Below the pieces are notes generated by a model that was not told where the DNA came from, made no database searches, and was given only the letters and a program-made list of their open reading frames with translations. From Macrostomum lignano (Eukaryota), in contig NIVC01000814.1 in NCBI GenBank assembly GCA_002269645.1, positions 248,001 through 312,000 of the forward strand: a stretch of 64,000 nucleotides of DNA. Reading direction: 5' to 3'. Each line of letters begins with the position of its first letter. Positions within the stretch are counted from its first letter, which is position 1. Below are positions 14,480 to 26,967 of this stretch, in pieces. Both the position numbers and the translations under genes were made by a program.

Positions 14480-16364
14480 CGCTACAGCGCAGGCAGTCGA
14501 GAACATCGACGCCAAAGAAGGCAACGTCAGCTGGCGTCGTCTGTCCAGCAGAGGCGGCCGGTTTCGCTGTCCGAGGATTTTCAAATCGATCGCGAAAGCG
14601 GAATCCCGTCTGTAGCGATGGGAGTGGCTGTCACGGCTGCTGTAATTACCTGTTTGGATGTTGGATGAGATGCAGGAGAGAATGAATTACAGGCAGACAG
14701 AAGTACAGACAGAATTACACACAGAATTACGGACAGACAGAATTACAGACAGACAGAATTACGGACAGACAGAATTACACACAGACAGAATTACAGACAG
14801 ACAGAATTACAGACAGACAGAATTACAGACAGACTAAGTTACAGATAAACAGAATTACAGACAGAACTACAGACAGACGGACAGTATTACAGAGTGAAAG
14901 TACAGACAAACAGAAATATACAGACTGAAGTACAACCGGTGGAAACTACAGAAAATGTACACACAGCCATAACCCTCTCCCCCTGTCCAGTCCATGGATC
15001 ACGTGATCGTTGACGTGCCGCCGGGTCAGCCGGTTCAATCGCCATCGTCAGTTGTGGGCGAGAAGCCACGGCATGCCAGCAGAGAGCCGGGAGCAGTTGA
15101 CGATGACGTCATAAATTTTCAGCCCGCCAGTCCGCTGGTGAGCTCGGTAGAGAGCGGCTTTTTGTCGCTCATAGAGGGTGATTTATTCTATCGGTCATAG
15201 AGGGTGGCACGAGTACTTATTGACGGTCATAGAGGTTTTTTTCTACGATTGGTCATGGAGGCTGGTTTCTACTGTCGGTCAGAGGCTGGTTTCTACTGTC
15301 GGTCATAGAGGCTGATTTCTACTGTCGGTCATAGAGGCTGATTTCTACTGTCGGTCACAGAGGCTGATTTCTACTGTCGGTCATAGAGGCTGGTTTCTAC
15401 AATCGGTCATAGAGGCTGATTTCTACTATCGGTCATAGAGGCTGATTTCTACTATCAGTCATAGAGGCTGATTTCTACTGTCGGTCATAGAGGCTGATTT
15501 CTACTGTCGGTCATAGGGGCTGATTTCTACTGTCGGTCATAGAGGCTGATTTCTACTGTCGGTCATAAAGGGTGGCACTGGAAATTGGTCATAGGGGTTT
15601 GTTTTTACTATTAGTCCTAGAGGGTGTTTTTTCGATCAGTCAAAGAGAATGCTTTTTCCTGTCGCTCATGGAGAATGCCTTTTAATATCGGTCGTTGTCA
15701 TAGAGGGTGGTTTTCTATTGATCATATGCATGTAGTGTGTGTTTTTCGATCTGTCCTAGAGGCTGGCTTTGTTTTCGGTCATATAGGGTGGCCTTTTACG
15801 CCCGTCAAAAAGTATGTTTTTTTATCAGTCATAGATTGGCGGTTTGATCATAGAGGGTAAATATCAAGTGAATAGCTAATCTGGGAGTATGACGAAAGCT
15901 GAATTACCTAATGTGTCACTGAGCAGTTATAATCAATAATTCAGGCTGCTCTAGCGAGTTCCGGTTGCAGTTCAGCCGGTCCAGCCTCTCCGCTACATCA
16001 ACAGCAGCAAAATCAATTGCCAACTAAAAGCAATAGCAACAGCAGGCCTACGGAAGCCACATCAGTCGGGAATCGTTCCAGAATCCCATCGCAAGAATCG
16101 CAACGTAAAAGTCGAAACTCTTTCAATCAGAAAAAGCCAGCAGCAGCAGCAGCAGCAGGCACAGCAGGCACAAGCAGAAGCAATCAGCGACCAAATCAAA
16201 GCAGAATTAGACTGCAGCAGCACGCGAACTCGGGACCTTCGCTGAGAAGCCGACTGCCCGAGCTGCCAAGCATCGGCGGGGCTCTCACAGGTGGTGGCGG
16301 CGTCGGGATGGTGGACGGAATCCCCGTTCACTCCCCGGACGATGATCTGGAAGCTTCACCTTGA
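5227..16364 (+). CDS. Orphan type I single-pass membrane protein, ~435 aa, 5 exons
   Basis: Exons 5227-5575, 10809-10911, 14353-14641, 14991-15137, 15945-16364; GT-AG junctions in matching phases (1,2,0,0), total 1308 nt. Signal-peptide-like N-terminus ([21 protein letters not shown]), TM segment [21 protein letters not shown] followed by basic RFRSRLKKK, low-complexity cytoplasmic tail. Extra exons in intron 1 cannot be excluded; the acceptor at 14352 and donor at 14642 are weak. Confidence 0.65.
5590..6545. repeat. 45-bp intronic minisatellite
   Basis: Unit CCTGACACAGTTCAATGAAGCTCACCTGACACCCCAACAGTACAT, starting just after the donor at 5576. Confidence 0.9.
7220..7760. repeat. (CT)-rich polypyrimidine tract
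   Basis: CTCTTCTCTCTCCC-type low complexity; gives the S/L/F and E/R/K ORFs. Confidence 0.9.
9175..9315 (-). mobile_element. SINE family 1, body fragment
   Basis: Minus strand GTGTCTTAGAGCAAGACATTTAACTCT...CAGTTCACTCAGCCGTAAAATGGGTGCCAGCATTAGCTGGGG; aligns with the copies at 27790-28052 and 49822-49935. Confidence 0.7.
10010..10785. repeat. G-rich intronic minisatellite (GGGATTGGGGATCTG-type)
   Basis: Degenerate G-run array ending ~25 nt before the acceptor at 10808. Confidence 0.9.
11010..12680. repeat. A/C-rich ~21-bp satellite with a 764-bp higher-order repeat
   Basis: AAAACACTGAAAACAACAAAC-type units; matching blocks offset by 764 (11401/12165, 11791/12555). Confidence 0.9.
13135..14300. 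repeat. 21-bp G-rich intronic minisatellite
   Basis: Unit GGGATTTGGGAAGCTGGAATT, ending ~50 nt before the acceptor at 14352. Confidence 0.9.
14690..14900. repeat. 16-bp ACAGACAGACAGAATT array
   Basis: Fills most of intron 3 of the membrane-protein gene. Confidence 0.85.
15190..15600. repeat. 26-bp intronic minisatellite
   Basis: Unit GGTCATAGAGGCTGATTTCTACTGTC. Confidence 0.85.
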
Positions 16365-16454
16365 TGTGGAAACAATGATGATTCTGTATTGGCAACCGTA
16401 GACAGAGGATATTTAACAGTTAGAATAAGGTTATAATTCTTTACTGGCGAAAAC

Positions 16455-16700
16455 GTGGTGTCAGGAGTAGCGCTTAAATCTGTGTCAGGTGTGGAGCTTA
16501 AACTTCTGTCAGGAGTGGCGCTATAGTGCAGGTGTCAGGATTGGCGCTTAAATTTGTATCAAGAGTGGCGCTTGAATTTGTGTCAGGAGTGGCGCTTTAA
16601 CTTTGTGTCAGGAGTGGCGCTTTAACTTTGTGTCAGGAGTGGCGCTTTAACTTTGTGTCAGGAGTGGCGCTTTAACTTTGTGTCAGGAGTGGCGCTAATG
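16455..16700. repeat. 25-bp minisatellite 3' of the stop codon
   Basis: Unit TGTCAGGAGTGGCGCTTTAACTTTG. Confidence 0.85.
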
Positions 16701-18245
16701 GAAAATGCCAGAAAAGTAGCTATAGTCTGTGTTAGAAAGTGTTAGAGGGGCTGCTAATGTATCAGTAGGAGGGACACTAAATTATGACTGGCGCTTTGTG
16801 AAACCTTTAAGAAGTAATATTATTTACGTTATAAGTTCGATCAATATTACTTTGAGTAGAATATCAGTGTAGTTCAAACCGGTTTCTCGTAATTTATAAT
16901 TACAAACTAAATAAAAATGTAAAAAATCTACACAGGTTGCAGAAGGCACTGTCAATTTGGACGCCCTTCTCAAGACAATTGAAATTGAATGCTACTACAT
17001 GTACTTATCGAGTAGTCCCTGCTAACCCCTACAATTGCTACACTCCTTACCTTACAAATTTCACAGAATAGTTTTTCGTGAATTTCCTTTTATTTTTTGC
17101 CCACGGGGGTTGCCGTCAATCGTCAACAAGACCAGGCTCCATTTTTAACTAATCGAAATCATTCTAGAACTGAATTATAAATTATTTTGCATAGAAGCAT
17201 TATTATATATGTTTATAATTAGTAATAGTTTTTGTTTCAACCATATATTAATTCTACTTCTGATGCGCTATATCTTGCATTATACTACTTACAAGATGTC
17301 AGTAGAGTGATTTGTAAATAACTTAACTTTCTTACCTTTCTAACCCTATTATAAATATTTATTTTTTAGTACAAGACTAATTGTTTCCTATGCTGATGTG
17401 TTTTGTTTGTCATAGCCTTTTTTAATTTTCCGAATACTGGTCAAGTAAATTTATCAATTTAATCGGACAGATTTCCTGTGGAGACAAGCAACTGCACATT
17501 CAGTTAAAAATGTTTAAAAAATGAAGTTAATAATCGGCTGCTAATAAGTAGTAGAATTTTAATTACCGAAATAACACAATATTTTAAATTAAAATATCAT
17601 TTATTTGTTTGAATTTCGTATCTCTTGTAAATTATGAAAGTTTTAGTTCATATAGCGCGCTTTAGTTTTGTTTAAAATGGATGACTGTTATCAAAGATTT
17701 TATTAACCTTTTTCGGCCAATTCAAATTATGCGGGCCCAAAACTAATCCAATGCACCTTAAATCGGCGAAGTTGCTTGGAAAAATTATGAGTTCCGTGAA
17801 AATATATGGGTTCTCGCAAGGAAATCACTCTGAAAGGTCTTTAGTTTAGCCATTCGTCAGTATCTCATGAAGCCGGAAAAAACTCTAGAAGAAATGGGAT
17901 TGAGAAAACTTCACTTTCTTCTCAGTTTCACTTGGGTAATTTCTGAATTGGAAATACTACTGTATATTTACCTATCTTCCTCCTCGGTCGATTGACCGCC
18001 CAAATCCGAGAATGGAGAGGATCTTCAGGCGGGGATCTGTGTGGGGCAGCTATAGATAGATAAATGGAGGCCAAGAATTACCGAGTCGTATTAAATGAGC
18101 CACTCAAAAAACGCCAAACGTGCGAAAGAATTAAGTGAACCGTTGCAATTAGGGAATGAGGGAGGCAAACACTTCTTCAAATTGTAGGAATAAAGAAGCT
18201 ACGTGTGGAGACAGTTACAGTAGATCAACTCTTGTATTCTATATA

Positions 18246-19612
18246 ACAACAACAACAAAATACGCGGCCCCGCAATCAAACTCACAGAGCAGGGTGCGTC
18301 AGATGGTGCGCCGCAGAGCCTGGGAGCGAATGAAGTCCGCTCCGTTGGCAATATCGGGCGCCCCAGCGTCGCACAGCAGGCAGTCCACGTATCGACGGGT
18401 TCGGGCCTGACCCCGCCTCAGCGGGCCCTGCAAGGTGAGCAGCAGGACGTCCTGAACAGGTTGGGGGGCAGTAGCCCTCGGCCCAGATCACGTGGCCCGC
18501 CAGTTGAAGTCACCGCCGGCGCAGGATGATGGACGGGCGCTGCAGCTTGGCCCAATCGTACAGGGCCTCGGTCCCGACGCTCTCGTCAGCTCGAAAGGTC
18601 GCACGGAGCAGCCCTGGGTGCGCCGAGTTCAGCTGCCGCTCCAGCGTAGCCGTCAGCGTCCACGTCTCGGCGTTGTATAGCAGGACGGTTTCGACCACCG
18701 CCTGCCACAGCCGAGCCCTCTGGCGGTCGGGCAGCGCTTCGGACTGGACGACGGCCCGGATTGAACGGAAGGCCGCCCAGGCGCCGCCGGAGGTCTTCAC
18801 CCACGTGAGGCACCAGACCGCCGAGGTAGGTGAACCGCTGGCAGCGTGCGAGTCTGGTCGTCTGCCCGTCTGCGCCGCGGCACGTCAGGTCCGCTGGGAT
18901 GTCGGCCGGCACAGTCAGCACCTCGGTCTTCAGGTCTGGTTGTCTGGTTGTTGACAACCAGACCGACGCTCGATGCCACCTCGACCAACCTGTCGATCTG
19001 GCGCTGGGCACCTTCAACGGACGAGGACAGGAGGGCGAGGTCGTCGGCGTAGCCAAGCACGCTTAGGCGCTTTTCTCCGTGGCGGCGACCGATGCGTCTG
19101 GGCAGCAGGAAGCCGTCGTTAGCCGAGGGGAGTGCAGTCCGAAGCACCCAGTCCAGGAGCAGCACGAAGAGGAACGGCGCAAGAGTGTCACCCTGCAGAA
19201 CTCCTGATGAAGTGTCGAACAGGTCAGACAGGCCGTCCGCCGTCACCACAGCAGCTCGAGTATCGCAATACAGCGCCATGACAGCGTCAATTAGCTGCTG
19301 GGGTATCCGGTAGACTCGAAGGACAAAGTAAAGCGCGGCTCTCAACACCGAGTCAAACGCCTTTCGAAAGTCAACGAAGACAATGATCAGCATAGACTGG
19401 TGAATGCGCGCCTCCTCGATGACACGGCGGAGTGCGAGGATCTGTGTCACTGTACCGCGTTGCCGCCGGAATCCGTTCTGCTCGTACCGCAGGTACGGGT
19501 CCAGCACCGACTGCAGACGATCGATCAGCAGCCGGTTGAAGAGCTTCGCGGTGCCGGACATCAGCGAGATCCCGCGGTGGTCTTCTTTCCGCGTTGTCCC
19601 TGCCTTCTTCGG
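18246..19612 (-). mobile_element. 5'-truncated RTE-clade LINE (reverse transcriptase pseudogene)
   Basis: RT motifs RGISL, QNGFR, VDFRKAFDSV, GVLQGDTLAPFLF, YADD, FTYLG, LLYNAETW, LQLAGH; at least two frameshifts (~18950, ~18800); (TTG)n 3' tail; TATATA on both sides (18240-18245, 19613-19618) as a candidate TSD. Confidence 0.92.
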
Positions 19613-20125
19613 TATATAGATCGATTGATAATTGTGCTCGCTAAATTCAAATGATTAATTTATAATTGTGCTTGATCAATTTCATTGTTAGACTAAATTA
19701 TGATTTACCAATATCATATATTAAGTTGAATTGAGACAATCTTGATTGATCAGTTTTAGTGATTGATTGATTGATAATTGCGCTTGATCATTATTATTTA
19801 TTGATTGACATATGCTTGATCAACATCAATTATTGATAGGTCAATTTGTCCTATATTGATCAAATGATACCAACATGGGCAGTACGTGACAGTCGAGGAG
19901 TTTACAGACGACGAAAGTACTTATTGACTGTGTAAAAGAAATTTTCAAAAAATAAGAAACGACATTATATAATTAAAGCTTTTTAGTTTCCAATCCAGAC
20001 GCGACACGAATATATACTTAGTTGTCCTTGGCTCGGTCAGGATGCCCCTTTATTTCTCGCGGCGCGTGCAAGAGCTGCTATTGGCTAAAAGGCATCAAAC
20101 GCTATAATTAAGAAATGCTGTCAGG

Positions 20126-23100
20126 ATGGTAAATAAAGGGCCAAATTCAATGACGTCTACCTGCAGTCTGCAGTCTGCTCAAAATAGCTCTTCAAATATG
20201 CCCGACAATTTCCACTATGAGAAATGGCTAACCGCCGGTCTCATGACCATAGTCATTGCTATGACCATTTGCGGTAATGCCCTGGTCATTCTGGCCGTGC
20301 TCACGTCGCGTCTTCTGCGTCAAGCGCAGAATTTCCTGATCGTTAGTCTGGCCTGCGCAGACATGGCTGTTGGCATCCTGGTACTGCCTCTGCAAGTGAA
20401 GCTGTACGTCACTGATGAAGAGTGGTTGCTACCCTGGATGCTGTGCGCCGCGTTCACTACATCTGATATATTCTTTTGCACGGCGAGTATTCTAAACCTA
20501 GCCGGCATAGCAGTGGACAGGTATTGCGCTATCAAGTACCCCATTGCCTACGCCACCAAGAGAACAACAACCACAGTGCTATTAATGATTTTTGCAATTT
20601 TCTTTTTGAGCGGACTAATTAGCATTGGTCCGACACTTAGTTGGAACTCGGCGAATAAAGAATATCCTACGGTTAATACTACTATTAATACTATTGATAA
20701 TATCAATAATATTACGGAAATTTCAATGGGAAAATGCAAATTACCAGAACAGAAAGGCTATGTGTTCTTCAGCGCTATGGGGAGTTTCTATATACCGGCT
20801 GTGATAATCATATCGCTCTACATCAGCATCTTCTTTGCTCTGCGACGCCGGCTGCAGAAGAGGGCGGCTGCGTCTGCTGCGCATCGAATTAACCAGCTTC
20901 ATCAGGCTGCTCAGGTGAGCAAGAAAATTAAATTATACATTCTGAATTCAAATCGATCTAATCTCAAATCGTCTGATATAATCTCAAATCGTCCGAATCT
21001 AATCTCAAATCGTCTGAATCTAATTTCAAATCGTCTGATCTAATCTCAAATCAGCTGATCTAATCTCAAATCATCTGAATCTAATCTCAAATCATCTGAA
21101 TCTAATCTCAAATCGTCTGATCTAATCTCAAATCGTCTGAATCTAATCTCAAATCGTCTGAATCTAATCTCAAATCGTCTGATCTAATCTCAAATCGGCT
21201 GATCTAATCTCAAATCAGCTGATCTAATCTCAAATCGTCTGAATCTAATCTCAAATCGTCTGATCTAATCTCAAATCGGCTGATCTAATCTCAAATCGGC
21301 TGATCTAATCTCAAATCAGCTGATCTAATCTCAGATCGCCTGACCTAATCTCAAATCAGCTGATCTAATCTCAGATCGTCTAAATCTAATCTCAAATCGT
21401 CTGAATCTAATCTCAAATCGTCTAATCAATTTATTAGAGTCGCATATCTAATCAAACTTTAAAAATGTATTATATAGATTTAATCTTTCGACTCGTGTAT
21501 CTTTAATCTCTAGACTCGTATGTATAAGTTAAAATTAGAAATTAGAGTTAGAAATAATTTAGAAAGAGCAAGAAAGAAATTCCATTGGAACTGTCTTTGC
21601 TGCCCTATTCTCTTCTTGTTTCAATGACATGGTTGAATTGAAATCTTTACAGGAAATCTTACAGTGAGCAATCCAATCCACTTGTTATTTTTGGTAATCC
21701 CTGACACTGACTAAAAAGCAGTGAAAGTTTTGACTCGTTTCTGAACAATCTCATTAGCAAAAATCTAAGTTTTATTTTTAAGGCTTTGATTTCTCAGCCA
21801 GTAAATATCGTCGATTGATATTTTTTATTGCTTTATGATTTTGCATAGAAATGTTCTGGATTAAGGAATTCCTCAACGATTATCTACAATGTAATTGCTT
21901 CAGAACTCGCGCGTTTGCCGTTATCTCACCTTGATAATCTCACCCTGCTAATCTCACCCTGCTAATCTCACCTTGATAATCTCAACCTGATGATCTTATT
22001 ACCCTGATAATCTCACCTTGATATCTCACCTTGATCATCTCACATTTATAATCTCACCTTGATCATCTCAACCTGATAATCTTATTACCTTGATAATCTC
22101 ACCCTGGTAATCTTGCGCTGAGAACCTCACTTTGAAAATCTCAACCTCGGATTTTGACCCAAAGAATTTCATCCTGGAAATCTCAACACTGAAAAATCTC
22201 ACCCTGCGAGTTTATATTAAATCCTAGAATTTATAGAAGCCGCAAAAGCTGGCACGCAATTGACTAAATTAATCGGTTTCTCAGCAACAGAAACCTAAAC
22301 AAAAAACCAAGCAAAAACAGACGAAGATTAAGATTAGCATAGCTGCCTTCCTGTCGATGTATCTGATGGCTTTAGTCTGGAAATAATACAATATCAGAGC
22401 CAAGTCTTCACTAACTGAAACAGGAAACTATCAGATGTTATACCTGTACCTGTCAATCGTTTTATATACTCGTAACTAAGCACACGAGCCTGTCTGCGTG
22501 ATTCAAGTCTGTCTCTCAGGTTCAGTGTCTGTCTGCTTTGATTGCGAAGGGCGAAAGGCGAGGGAGATAGGGGAGGGTAAAGGGCAATGGGAGATAGGGG
22601 AGGGTAAAGTGCAATGGGAGATAGGGGAGGGTAAAGGGCAATGGGAGATAGGGGAGGGTAAAGTGCAATGGGAGATAGGGGAGGGTAAAGGGCAATGGGA
22701 GATAGGGGAGGGTAAAGGGCAATGGGAGATAGGGGAGGGTAAAGTGTAAGAGAGACAGGGGAGGGTGAAGGGTGGGGCAAAGGGCAAGGGAGCTGGGGGT
22801 AAAGGGCGAGAGAGACAGGTGAGGGTAAAAGACAAGGGAGACAGGGGAGGGTAAAGGGCAAAGGCGGCAGGAGAGGGTAAAGGGTAAGGGAGACAGGGGA
22901 GCGTAAGCACGAGAAAGTACGCAATACAAAAAGTGAGCAGAGTTTTATCAGAGCTTCGGGAACTGGTTAATCTACCAATCAATGCGGTAGGCAGTCATCA
23001 ATGCAATAAATTTTATTATGCTGTCTACAGAAGTTTTGATGCACGGCCCCTAATTAGACAAAACTAATAAATGTTATTATGCTGTCTGAGGTTGCACTCG

Positions 23101-24943
23101 GCACCCGACTATAAGCTTACTCGCTTGACAACTACTTCTTATGAGTGCTGATTTTATTTAGAGTAGAACACACTAACTAGAGAGTAGAAGTGAGAGTAGA
23201 ACACACTAACTAGAGAGTAGAAGTGAGAGTAGAACACACTTACTAGAGAGTAGAAGTGAGAGTAGAACACACTAACTAGAGAGTAGAAGTGAGAGTAGAA
23301 GTGAGAGTAGAACACACTAACTAGAGAGTAGAAGTGAGAGTAGAACACACTAACTAGAGAATAGAAGTGAGAGTAGAACACACTAACTAGAGAGTAGAAG
23401 TGAGAGTAGAACACACTAACTAGAGAATAGAAGTGAGAGTAGAACACACTAACTAGAGAATAGAAGTGAGAGTAGAACACACTAACTAGAGAGTAGAAGT
23501 GAGAGTAGAACACACTTACTAGAGAGTAGAAGTGAGAGTAGAACACACTAACTAGAGAGTAGAGTGAAAGTAGAACAGACCAGAGGGTAGAGAGAGGCAT
23601 AACGCACAGCGAAGGAAGCGAGAAAGCCCCGAAATCAAAGAGCCAAAGAACTAGAAGAAAAGGTCAGTAATAAAAATCCCCCAAAAGACCGTTGCCGGCA
23701 AACCCAATTATTGACCCAAATCAGAGTTCGCGAGCTCGAGTCCCAGCGCTAGACAGTTAGCTAATGACTATGCGATCTTCGGATTAGCTTCGATTATCTT
23801 CGATTCTGCATTTCTGCAATTTGCTAATTACTATAAAAGAAAACCTGATTATTACGTTTTTGTTGGTCTAATATATTGAAAGAACGAAGTTACCAATTGT
23901 ACTTTTGATTTGTCCCGGCGAAAGTTTAGAACACAATTGCATGCAACCGTGCATAATAGTTGTTTTCAAATGTGACAATATTAAAAAAACAAAAAATGAC
24001 AAAAGCATTTTTATAAACACGAAAGGACACACATTTAAACAAATAACAAGACGCAAGAATGGAACACACGGATGGAACTCTTACTACATTTAAACAGCAT
24101 ACATAAAAGTGACATTTTAATAGCAGCAGATATGATCATGTATACGCATTAAAACAACAACAAACACTATAAATAGAAAGCTTTTAAACAAAAAGAAACG
24201 GGATAAATAAATAGCAACTACAAATAAACACGATGAACTTCACGCGCTAAAATAACAAAAAACACGATATGACCATGCATTTTCAAAGAAACGCAAAAAT
24301 AACGCGATAAATAGCACGCATTTAAACAAGAAACGACAAACGAAATGTACGAGTACTTCAGCAGTATTAAACGCGATAAAAGACACACATTTAAGCAACA
24401 AAAACGCAGCAAATAGCACGCAATTAAACAAAATAAAACCGCGAAAAACGCATGAATTTCATTTTCTAGGACGACAGCAGCGAAGCTAATCAACATCATG
24501 AGCGCCCGCAGCCGACTCAGCAGCAGCAGCTTCGAGAAGACGAAAACAAGCAAAACGATCTGGACAACGAGGCTGACGACGACCAAGGTTTCGTGGACGC
24601 CGGAGGCGACGGCGAAGCAGCGGGAAGGCGTCCAACCGAGGCGGCCATGTCACGGATGCTGGTTGAGCAATCTCAACACCGGCAGAGAATATCCCTGAGC
24701 CATGAGCGCCGAGCTTTGAGAACTCTCGGCATCATTATGGGAATTTTCATGCTCTGTTGGCTGCCATTTTTTGTAGTCTACCTGGGCGGAGTCTGGGACC
24801 TGCCGGCTCCCAAAGCGGTGTTCGACCTGTTTGTGTGGCTTGGCTATTTGAACTCGGCCCTGAACCCGGTTATCTACACCATTTTCAATGCGGATTTTCG
24901 AAGGGCGTTCGGCCGCCTGCTTCGCTGCAGACGTCCACGTTAA
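20126..24943 (+). CDS. Aminergic class A GPCR, tyramine receptor type 1 (Oct-TyrR)-like, ~420 aa, 2 exons
   Basis: Exons 20126-20914 and 24470-24943, phase 0. TM3 Asp (TSDIFFC), DRY, TM5 [49 protein letters not shown], short C-tail. Subtype is from recalled similarity to insect Tyr1 TM6/TM7. Confidence 0.9.
20945..21430. repeat. 20/21-bp intronic minisatellite
   Basis: Unit TCTAATCTCAAATCGTCTGA(A), starting ~30 nt after the donor at 20915. Confidence 0.9.
22555..22910. repeat. 27-bp purine/G-run minisatellite
   Basis: GGGAGATAGGGGAGGGTAAAGGGCAAT-type unit. Confidence 0.85.
23155..23600. repeat. 33-bp intronic minisatellite
   Basis: AGAGTAGAAGTGAGAGTAGAACACACTAACTAG-type unit (11-aa period in the ORF track). 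Confidence 0.9.
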
Positions 24944-25754
24944 CTGATGCTTACCCTGAATAAGTTTAGAAACTTGAAAATTATTCTTTTATTTCATGTA
25001 CATACAGAAGTATTATATAAATTGGAGATCCCAAAGTTCCTCTAAACATCCCAAAGTGGAATGCAGCTCTCCTTTCTAGTGATCATAGAGTCCCTGAGAA
25101 TCCCAAAGTCCCCTTTAGAAGATTCAAACTTCGCCTACAGATCCCAAAGTCCCCCTTACGATTTCAAAGTCCCCTTAGGATTCCAAAGTCAGTCTACAGA
25201 TCCATAAGTTTCCCTAAAAATCGCAAAGGCACTCTCTACATATCCCAAGCCCCTATTAAAGACCTAATTAAAGTACCTTAAAACAATTCAAAAATTATCT
25301 GTCCAGTTTAAAAATTTTCCCGAATTATATTGACGCCTTATAAAATGTTGTTTTGGCTGTGAGCCCGCAAGATCAAAGGCCTAAGTCCGTTTAAATTTTA
25401 ACTCAATTTTTTAGGAAAATAGAATTGAATGACGGTTTTAAAAGAAATAATGAAGAGCAGTATTGAGTTCGCATCAATTAAAAGAGAGCTGACAGCAAAT
25501 TTACTTTGCTTTTGTATTTTTAATTAACGTATATTTTTAGAAATTTACTGGTAAAAAATCATTCAATTTGCTTTTTTTCGTCCTATCTGATTAGCTGACA
25601 GATCGTTAAAATACAGAATATTCCTACGCAATGACAGAAGGGTGATTATTTTCTAAGAATTAAAGTACCTTCCTTAATAAACTACTGAAGAACAGTAGTA
25701 AGGAGAAAAAGGTTGCAAAGTTTTGATTACCTTCAAACTAATGAAATAAAGGTT

Positions 25755-25820
25755 GTTAGTTAGTCAAGTTAGTTAGTTAGCTAGTTAGTTAGTTGGGCAG
25801 TTAATTTGTTAGTTAGTTAT

Positions 25821-25851
<31 letters not shown>

Positions 25852-25886
25852 CTTAGTTACTTAGTTAGTAAGTAAGTAAGTAAGTA

Positions 25887-25919
<33 letters not shown>

Positions 25920-26008
25920 CTTAGTTAGTTAGTTAGTTATTTAGTCAGTTATTTAGTTAGTTAGTTAGTCAGTCAGTTAGTTAGTTAGTTAGTTAGTTAT
26001 TTAGTTAT

Positions 26009-26043
<35 letters not shown>

Positions 26044-26044
26044 A

Positions 26045-26079
<35 letters not shown>

Positions 26080-26148
26080 ATTAGTTAGTTAGTTAGTTAG
26101 TTAGTTAGTCAGTTAGTTATTTAGTTATTTAGTTAGTTATTTAGTTAT

Positions 26149-26183
<35 letters not shown>

Positions 26184-26184
26184 A

Positions 26185-26223
<39 letters not shown>

Positions 26224-26340
26224 ATTAGTTAGTTAGTTAGTTATTTAGTTAGTTAGTTAGTTAGTCAGTTAGTTATTTAGATATTTAGTTAGTTATTTAG
26301 TTAGTTAGTTAGTTAGTTATTTAGTTAGTTAGTTAGTTGA
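25755..26340. repeat. (TTAG)n microsatellite
   Basis: Tetramer array between the GPCR and channel genes. Confidence 0.95.
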
Positions 26341-26809
26341 AGTTGAGACTGTTGCATAAACCAAATTTCTTGAAATGTGTTGACATGCACAGCTCTGTCA
26401 AATGCACAGTGAAATGTGAATCCAGCACAGCTCTCGCTCGGGGATGGGAAAAACCCAATTTTTTTAACCAGACAAGTCGCAACTTTTACACTGATTAGAC
26501 AGCCGAACAGAGCTAATATTCATAATTGAATTTAACTTTACTTTGTCCTCGAAAGAAGCAACTCCCAGTCAACCTAAAGATGCGGAACAGACTTGGAATG
26601 CTTGATGGAAAACTACAGTAATATAACACCTTGACGTCAACATTGAAGAGAGACTGATCTGATTGGTTGAAAAGCTTCCTCTTGTAGATGGACGACTCTT
26701 GAAATTTCTTAGAGCGTCTCAGAACTGGTTCGGATGCAGACGCAGAGAAAGTTATCAGTTTCAGAGTCAGTTTGATAAAAGCAAGAATTTTTCGATCTGA
26801 TAAAATAAT

Positions 26810-26910
26810 ATGAGACAGGCGCCGCCCAATTCCGTATCCGCTGCCGCAGCAGCAACAGCAGCAATAGTTGGCATTCCGTCTCAGTCTAGGCAGGTCCTGC
26901 AGCCTCAGCA

Positions 26911-26967
<57 letters not shown>

